From: Fibrobacteria bacterium
GTDB lineage: Bacteria; Fibrobacterota; Fibrobacteria; UBA11236
DNA: 64,000 nt
Reading direction: 5' to 3'
Assembly (NCBI GenBank): GCA_043745805.1
Contig: JAYTSD010000046.1
Location: 1-64,000, forward strand
In this document: positions 1 through 6,237 of the stretch, piece after piece
Numbering within the stretch: position 1 is the first letter of the stretch
How the letters are laid out: each line of letters opens with the position of its first letter
Notes under the pieces: model-generated
What the model saw: the letters and a program-made list of their open reading frames with translations, nothing else
Databases searched by the model: none
Told to the model about the DNA's origin: nothing
Translations under genes and position numbers: made by a program

Positions 1-1
1 A

Positions 2-1513
2 ATCCCGCAGATTAAAATCACTCATCCTGCACAAGATACTTTAGTGAATAATGCCTCTTTCATTGTGGAATACGATTCCAATGGAGTAAAGAAAACTAAG
101 CCGTATACCTTAGCCGAAGGAAAAACCAAGATTGTGATTAAGGCTAATAACGCAGGAAAAATTGGTGGCGACTCGTTGTATATCACCTTAGACTCGCAAT
201 TACCTGCGACTGCTAGTTTAGCAGCTGCAACTCCCACCCAAAACCCAGCTTGGACTTGGAATGCAATTGAGACAAAGGCAAAGTATACGGTAAGGTTATT
301 GCAAGGTGCAACGTTGAAAGACCAGCAAACTTTAAATTCCGTTGGGTATACTCCACCTGGCACAATTACTTTAACCGATGGGGTATGGACATTGTACGTG
401 AAGACTATAGACTCGGCAGGTAATACCAGCAATGAAGTTTCTTCTCCGGTTACTGTCGATAGAACCAAACCAGTCCTAGCGATAACTGGGCCTGATGCCG
501 AAGGTAGCGTAACTTCTATTGACCCAACGGTAACGGGGACGGTATCGGATAATAATTTAACCAAGTTGATTTATTCCTTGTCGCCAAGCGGATTAACGGG
601 AAGCATCACAAAAGCTACAAACTGGAGTTTGTCGGGAGTAGTATTTTCGGAAGGAACTAATACTTTGACTGTAACTGCTGAAGATGCTGTAGGATTACAA
701 ACCCAACAACAAATTGTGATTACTAAACGTGCTAATGTGATTTTTGTTCGCCAAGGGAAAAATGGGAATGGGACTTCTTGGAAGGATGCTTATGGAGGTT
801 TTAAGCCTGCAATAACTAGCCCAAGAGCAAAAATTGCTACAACTCAAATTTGGATTTCAGCTGGTGTTTATGGGAGTAATGATCCCCATGCATCAGATAC
901 CGTCACGATACATTTGAATATTAACTGCACTGTGTTGGGTGGTTTTTCAGCTACGATATCTCCTGCTGATTCTTCCAAGCGAGATCCAGTTTTAAATTTG
1001 ACAACAATCCAAAATGAACGATTGCATTTAGATTCGTTAGGGACTCGAGCTGAATTTTCGGGGGTTGATTTCAAGAACACTTATCTTGAAGTTTTTGGAG
1101 GCATAGTAACAAATGGTACGCTTGCATTTATTGCCTGTAATTTTCATGAATCAAGCGGAAGAATTATTCCAGTGGAAGCAGGAGGGTCTTTTAGGCTGGA
1201 ATTAAATTATTGCTCATTTTTTAGCAATGTTGGAGAAGCTTTTGCATTTATTTGTACTAGTGGGGACCTTATATGTTTCAATACCACATTTTCATCCAAC
1301 AAGGGATATTCACGGATTACAACTTATTTGAATGCAAATCGAATTTTATTTGATGGGGTAACATTTAATTATAGCTCTTCAGATTTTCAAATTGATATCG
1401 GCTTTACAAATTTGCCTACTGTAATTCGAAATAGTAAGGTTCGGGGAGGGCGAAATTCAATAAATGATAATGGCAGCTCGGTTGTTTATGAATCATCGAA
1501 TACCGACCTGTAG
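2..1513 (+). CDS. 5'-truncated large surface/secreted protein with bacterial Ig-like repeats and a C-terminal beta-helix (pectin-lyase-like) region
   Basis: Frame is open from position 2 with no stop before the ORF-track start at 44. Ig-like motifs 'DSAGN', 'VDRTKP', 'EGTNTLTVTAEDAVG'; 'NGTSWKDAY...IWISAGVY' is typical of beta-helix N-termini. Confidence 0.6.
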   Translation: MPQIKITHPAQDTLVNNASFIVEYDSNGVKKTKPYTLAEGKTKIVIKANNAGKIGGDSLYITLDSQLPATASLAAATPTQNPAWTWNAIETKAKYTVRLLQGATLKDQQTLNSVGYTPPGTITLTDGVWTLYVKTIDSAGNTSNEVSSPVTVDRTKPVLAITGPDAEGSVTSIDPTVTGTVSDNNLTKLIYSLSPSGLTGSITKATNWSLSGVVFSEGTNTLTVTAEDAVGLQTQQQIVITKRANVIFVRQGKNGNGTSWKDAYGGFKPAITSPRAKIATTQIWISAGVYGSNDPHASDTVTIHLNINCTVLGGFSATISPADSSKRDPVLNLTTIQNERLHLDSLGTRAEFSGVDFKNTYLEVFGGIVTNGTLAFIACNFHESSGRIIPVEAGGSFRLELNYCSFFSNVGEAFAFICTSGDLICFNTTFSSNKGYSRITTYLNANRILFDGVTFNYSSSDFQIDIGFTNLPTVIRNSKVRGGRNSINDNGSSVVYESSNTDL

Positions 1514-1543
1514 TTGCAGGTATTGCTTTTAAAGTAGTGAGTT

Positions 1544-1680
1544 TATTTATCTTCGGTTACTTCGACAAGCTCAGTGACCGAAGATAAATACGTTACGGTA
1601 ATATTTTTGTTACGGTCACTGAGCTTGTCGTTACGGTCACTGAGCTTGTCGTCACGGTCACTGAGCTTGTCGAAGTGACC
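1544..1680. repeat. REP-like palindromic repeat cluster, left of GIY-YIG gene
   Basis: Hairpin tatttatcttcggttac-TTCGACAAGCTCA-gtgaccgaagataaata (1544-1590), then three tandem 21-bp units gttacggtcactgagcttgtc (1609-1671) in the opposite orientation. Confidence 0.9.
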
Positions 1681-1693
1681 ATCTAAGGAATTT

Positions 1694-2005
1694 ATGATTG
1701 GCTATATGTATATTCTCGAATGTGCTGATGGAAGTTACTATACGGGAAGCACTAAGAATATCGAAAAGCGTCTATGGGAGCATAATAATTTTTTAGGGGC
1801 AAATTACACAAAGAAAAAGCACCCATCCATTTTAGTTTATCTTGAAAAATTTCCAAGAATTGATGAAGCATTTTTTCGAGAAAAACAAATTCAGGGTTGG
1901 AGCCATGCAAAAAAAGCAGCGCTTATTGAATCCAGAAAAAATGATTTGCCATTACTTTCAAAGAACTATACTCAATACGGTCGCTTCGACAAGCTCAGCG
2001 ATTGA
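1694..2005 (+). CDS. GIY-YIG nuclease, UPF0213 (YhbQ/YazA-like)
   Basis: GYMYILEC..YYTGST..RLWEHN..YT..AFFREKQIQGWSHAKK motifs; RBS aagga upstream. Confidence 0.9.
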   Translation: MIGYMYILECADGSYYTGSTKNIEKRLWEHNNFLGANYTKKKHPSILVYLEKFPRIDEAFFREKQIQGWSHAKKAALIESRKNDLPLLSKNYTQYGRFDKLSD

Positions 2006-2231
2006 AGATAAATGCGTCACGGTCACTTCGACAAGCTCAGTGACCGGAGCTAAACACGTTACGGTAATAATTTGGTTACGGTCACTGATCTAGTCGTTTC
2101 GGTCATTGAGCCTGTCGAAGTGACCGTAACTGGGACGTTTCGACAAGCTCAATGTCCGTATAAATCGGCTCACTGAGTGAGTTGTTATGGTCACTGAGGT
2201 CACAGAGCTTGTCGAAGTGGTTGAAGTGACC
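1978..2231. repeat. REP-like palindromic repeat cluster, right of GIY-YIG gene
   Basis: Copies of TTCGACAAGCTCA at 1985, 2027 and 2139; reverse-complement copies at about 2086 (degenerate), 2107 and 2204, mostly framed by short inverted arms. Confidence 0.9.
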
Positions 2232-3057
2232 CAATCGGTAAAGTCCGAGACTCAATTTTACCATCAATGTTAATCTTGAACAAATAATTTCCAGGCTTTA
2301 CACGCTGACCCATTTGATCTCGATAATTCCAAATCATTAAATTGGAGACGCCAACAGTAGTGTTTAAAGTTTGAATAAGTTTCCCCATAGAGGTGAAAAT
2401 TTGTGCCTTAACCATTTTATTCACTTCATTTAGCTGAATCGAAACATAGTCTTGTGTTTTCGAAATGACAAAATTACGGCTCTCTTTAGGGGGCTTATTT
2501 ATAGTGGTCACTCCCGATGTATTATAAATCTCAAATTCGAAAATAGAATAACCGAAATCAAACAGACGTTTATAACCACGTATACGCACATAACGAGCAT
2601 CTATCGGATCCAGTTTTTTAAAACGCAAACAAGCCTTAAGAGTGTCATTATATTTTAACGCTGTATCACTATAAACGGTTTTCCAGCGTGCATCATCATT
2701 GTAAGAGGGTGTATCTATTTCCGAAGTCCAGATTTGCACATCATATTTTTTTGCTCCCGAATGTTCCCAAAAAATCGCTATGGAATCAAAATGAGTTTTA
2801 GTTTCAAGATCGACAAAAATCCACCCGGAATCCCGATTAAGATCTTTTTGCCAATTGCTAGCCCATCGATTTCTTTGTCCATTATAGGCACCGTTATAAT
2901 TAACACTGTCGAATGCTTTATCCGCAGATAAAGCATTGGTGTTTTGTACTTCGACACTGGAAGCCTTGGCATGTTTATGTAAGGCTAGATTTATTGGATC
3001 AGCATGAAGTGAGATCATATTAAACATTAATATGATCCAAGCTACCGACAATTTCAT
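2200..3057 (-). CDS. Secreted discoidin/F5-8 type C (CBM32-like) protein with FlgD-Ig/T9SS-like C-terminal domain
   Basis: Likely start MKLSVAW at 3057 (TAATG overlap with upstream stop); NLALHKHAKASS, AFD, RWAS, WIFVDL, ARYVRI, YSIFEFEIY; tail 'IFTSMGKLI..W..D..G..V.PGNYLF'. Confidence 0.8.
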   Translation of the reverse strand: MKLSVAWIILMFNMISLHADPINLALHKHAKASSVEVQNTNALSADKAFDSVNYNGAYNGQRNRWASNWQKDLNRDSGWIFVDLETKTHFDSIAIFWEHSGAKKYDVQIWTSEIDTPSYNDDARWKTVYSDTALKYNDTLKACLRFKKLDPIDARYVRIRGYKRLFDFGYSIFEFEIYNTSGVTTINKPPKESRNFVISKTQDYVSIQLNEVNKMVKAQIFTSMGKLIQTLNTTVGVSNLMIWNYRDQMGQRVKPGNYLFKINIDGKIESRTLPIGSLQPLRQAL

Positions 3058-3917
3058 TACGGAACGTTCACTATAACGGATTGATTTTCCGCACTGAGTT
3101 TTACCCGTAACACATATTGCCCAGCTTGAACTCGAACATCTTTTGCGTTTTGATAATTCCAGCTTAACTCTCCAGTATTCGCAGAGTATAGATTTTGTAT
3201 CCATTCACCATTTATGGAGTAAATCACACCACTTGTCGGGGTTTCGCTACCGTTAATGGACTGCAAAGTAAAATGTTCGGAAGTTTGAATGAATCGAGGA
3301 AGAAATTTATGGTCGATTTTTGGCAGCAAGGCAACCGGACTTCCTGTATTGTAAATTTCGAATTCGAAAATGGAAAATCCAAAATTGAAAATTCTTTTAT
3401 AGCATCGTATGCGTACATAACGTGCTTGTGTTGCAGCGACACGAGTAAAACGCAAACAAGCATCTACCGGTACAGCTTCATAAAAAAGTGAAGTATCGGT
3501 GTAAATAGTTTTCCAGCGAACATCGTCATTTACAGCGGGAGTATCCGTTTCTGAATTCCAAACTTGTACATCGTACTTTTTAGCTCCAGAATGTTCCCAC
3601 TTAATGGCTAAAGAATCAAAACCAGTTTTGGCCCCAAGATCCACATAAAGCCAAGCTGAATCGACATTGGGATTAATTTTTTTATCATAAGCGCTAGCCC
3701 AACGATTTCCTTGACCTCGCGCCGGGCCTGTATTGTCCACACCATCGAATGCTTTTGAGGGAATATTGGCTCCCTCAACACTGGATGCTTTACAAGGTTT
3801 ATTTAAAGCCATGTTTACAGGTGCAGCTCCGACTGAAATCCCTTGCCAAAGTAACATTGCCGTTACCGTAAGGCCAAACAACTTTCCCCCGATTTTCAAA
3901 AAATTCATCCCCCGCAT
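3057..3917 (-). CDS. Secreted discoidin/F5-8 type C (CBM32-like) protein, paralog of downstream gene
   Basis: Signal peptide; NMALNKPCKASS, AFDG, RWAS, WLYVDLG, ARYVRI, FSIFEFEIY; CTD-like tail 'IYSINGE..AGQYVLRV'. Confidence 0.8.
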   Translation of the reverse strand: MRGMNFLKIGGKLFGLTVTAMLLWQGISVGAAPVNMALNKPCKASSVEGANIPSKAFDGVDNTGPARGQGNRWASAYDKKINPNVDSAWLYVDLGAKTGFDSLAIKWEHSGAKKYDVQVWNSETDTPAVNDDVRWKTIYTDTSLFYEAVPVDACLRFTRVAATQARYVRIRCYKRIFNFGFSIFEFEIYNTGSPVALLPKIDHKFLPRFIQTSEHFTLQSINGSETPTSGVIYSINGEWIQNLYSANTGELSWNYQNAKDVRVQAGQYVLRVKLSAENQSVIVNVP

Positions 3918-4125
3918 TTAAAACCTTTCATTGTGATAGCTCTTAAATTTAAAGAGCCTTGATTAATAGTGATATGTCGAACTTACCGGACTTTAGATCG
4001 ATAATATGCTTCATTTGATTTTTTAATTATTCCAATAATATAGGCATTAATTATGACAAGCATAAGTTTAGTTTTATTGAGTCTGAAGGACTTGTCCTTA
4101 TGGTGCAAATACAGTTTATAGGATA

Positions 4126-4143
4126 GTGGGAAAACGTTTCCAC
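4126..4143. promoter_or_regulatory. Putative LacI-family operator
   Basis: gtgggaaAACGTTtccac palindrome with the LacI-type central AACGTT, in a divergent intergenic region. Confidence 0.4.
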
Positions 4144-4275
4144 CTAATTCATTAAAATAGTTTCGATTCTAGTTTTATGAATGGCAAGTGAAATTCTTTA
4201 AGTAAGAGTATAATTGGCTAGGAACTAAAGGGACAATATTCATTTTTAGTTGATCAAAAAATACAAAGGACAGCC

Positions 4276-5664
4276 ATGTTAAAAAACATAAATCCTTATG
4301 AAATAACCAAAAACCTTAAGTTTAAATTTTCCTTAGTATGCCTTTTGATCTTAGGAATGGGACTAAAATCCACATTTGCGGCTGTGTTTGTAAACACTAA
4401 ATTTACCGAGACCACAATTGTCCCTAAGGATTTGGATCCTACTCAATTTGATATCGCTCCTGATGGACGTATTTTTATTTGCTCCAAAACAGGTGCTTTA
4501 CGTATTGTAAAAAATGGCCAATTGCTAACGAAGCCTTTTGTTAGTCTTCTAGTGAATTCTTCTGGAGAACAAGGATTATTAGGAGTTGCTTTTCATCCTA
4601 AATTTCCAGATTCTCCATTTGTATACGTTTATTATACCATGGCTGTGGAACGGTTTAATAGAGTGAGTCGCTTTACTGCAAACGGCGACACGGCCTTAGG
4701 AAATAAAGAAACTGTGATTTTTGATTTAGATCCTTTAGGAGCGGCGACGAATCATATGTCCGGCGGCATCCACTTCGGAAATGATGGTAAGCTTTATATT
4801 TCATCGGGGAATAATGCTTCCCCCACAAATTCCCAAAACATCAATATCACTTTAGGAAAAATGTTGCGTGTAAATGCTGACGGTACCATACCTTCGGATA
4901 ATCCTTTTTTAGATAAGACTACTGGTAATGCACGTGCCAATTGGACTACAGGCATGCGTAACACTTTTACTTTCGCCGTAGATAAGGTAACGGGAAAAAT
5001 TTTTGGCGGGGATGTTGGAGATGGTTGGGAAGAGGTAAATGATTTAATCGGAGGATCGAATTATGGCTATGGGAAGAGTAAAGATGGATATGATGTACCG
5101 ACTGATTTAACTGGCATGATTGGCACATTTCGTCCAGCAATCTATGCATGGTCCCCTCCGAATGGAGCTGCTCGTGGCGTTGTGCTTGGCTCAGCATTTT
5201 ATCCTTCTACCGGCAATCGCATGTTTCCATCCACATATCACCGCAAATTCTTTTTTTCGGATTATAATTATGGTCAAATCAATGTTACCGATATAGACAA
5301 TCCGAAAAATGTTACCAGCTTTGCTACTGGGGCAGGCAATGTTACCGATATTAAATTCAGCCCTCTTGATGGGAGTATGTATTATGTCACTCGAACGGGA
5401 AGCAAATTAATGAAAGTTGTTTATGATACGGCTATTGTAGTTTCCGCAAAAACTCCTTTGGAAAAATTTCATCAATCCAATTTCTGGAGAATGGTATTGG
5501 CGGATAAGGGTCGTATTCCTTGGAGACTGGGTTCAAAATCCATCGATATTGTCGATATCCGTGGACAAATTTTATACACCGCTCATGAGCAACAAAACCA
5601 AGGTCTTTGGATTAATTTACCGGCTTCCATACACAATGGATTGTACATGGCGCATTATCACTAA
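4276..5664 (+). CDS. PQQ-dependent sugar dehydrogenase (GSDH/YliI family), secreted
   Basis: PDGRIF, GEQGLLGVAFHPKF, NHMSGGIHFGNDGKLYISSG, GKMLRVNADGTIPSDNPF, GMRN, WEEVN..NYG motifs; signal peptide; CTD-like tail. Confidence 0.85.
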   Translation: MLKNINPYEITKNLKFKFSLVCLLILGMGLKSTFAAVFVNTKFTETTIVPKDLDPTQFDIAPDGRIFICSKTGALRIVKNGQLLTKPFVSLLVNSSGEQGLLGVAFHPKFPDSPFVYVYYTMAVERFNRVSRFTANGDTALGNKETVIFDLDPLGAATNHMSGGIHFGNDGKLYISSGNNASPTNSQNINITLGKMLRVNADGTIPSDNPFLDKTTGNARANWTTGMRNTFTFAVDKVTGKIFGGDVGDGWEEVNDLIGGSNYGYGKSKDGYDVPTDLTGMIGTFRPAIYAWSPPNGAARGVVLGSAFYPSTGNRMFPSTYHRKFFFSDYNYGQINVTDIDNPKNVTSFATGAGNVTDIKFSPLDGSMYYVTRTGSKLMKVVYDTAIVVSAKTPLEKFHQSNFWRMVLADKGRIPWRLGSKSIDIVDIRGQILYTAHEQQNQGLWINLPASIHNGLYMAHYH

Positions 5665-5680
5665 TTGAAGACAACTCACT

Positions 5681-5720
5681 TATGCCTAAAATTTGATTTT
5701 TAGGCATATTTTAAGCTTTT
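5681..5720 (+). terminator. Intrinsic terminator after sugar dehydrogenase
   Basis: tatgcctaaaa/ttttaggcata stem followed by T-rich run. Confidence 0.6.
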
Positions 5721-6021
5721 TTATGGTCAAATAAAGAGTTTAAATAAAACTGTTTCGCATATTTGAATTTGCTTTTTAACCGCCACTTTCAAAATTCATA
5801 GTATTTTTATCCTCAAGGTGTGGGCATTTTATTTGGATAATTTTGCGCTATTCTATTCGAGTAGGATAACAGGAGAATATAAAATCAGATCGTTGCGCTG
5901 TAATTGCTTTAACTTTGAATACCAATAGGACGGTTTATACTGGCCGGAGTAAGTAACATTTATGTTACAGCTGCTATCGGAAGATTTCGGATGATAAGGC
6001 AATTCTCGGGCAAAAAGAAAA

Positions 6022-6091
6022 GGAAGTGGCCGGTGATATCCCCCGAATAATTCGAACCCCATCGAGCTATTCGTCATCATCGGCCGCTTCC
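6022..6091 (+). other. Long two-tier GC-rich hairpin of unknown function upstream of the GH81 gene
   Basis: Outer 16-bp stem 6022-6037/6076-6091 with G-U pairs on the + strand; inner stem 6044-6055/6062-6073. Confidence 0.5.
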
Positions 6092-6237
6092 CCCCATAAA
6101 ACTTTTTAATACCCTCTAACTCTTCAAGGTTTAGGAAACCTATTTTTGGGTGCGGCTTGACCCCGCAACGGTGTTATTTTCCACAGTGAGATCCCAATAT
6201 TACCTCTAAGTTATGTTTTCTTTAGCTTGGAATGTAA

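Noticed and set aside
1842..2093. 83-aa ORF overlapping the GIY-YIG gene
   Set aside because: Alternative-frame ORF whose C-terminus is translated repeat sequence (TSTSSVT).
1544..2231. CRISPR array interpretation of the repeats around the GIY-YIG gene
   Set aside because: Copies are in both orientations with irregular spacing and no unique equal-length spacers; no cas genes are present.
3058..3204. N-terminal extension of the 2200-3204 ORF
   Set aside because: Overlaps the upstream paralog; the signal peptide and TAATG coupling point to a start at 3057.
6040..6065. Minus-strand GGGGTTCGAAT resembling a tRNA T-loop
   Set aside because: No T-stem closure, acceptor stem or cloverleaf could be built.
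5853..6080. 75-aa minus-strand ORF in the intergenic region
   Set aside because: No recognisable motif; it overlaps the hairpin and palindrome and is probably spurious.
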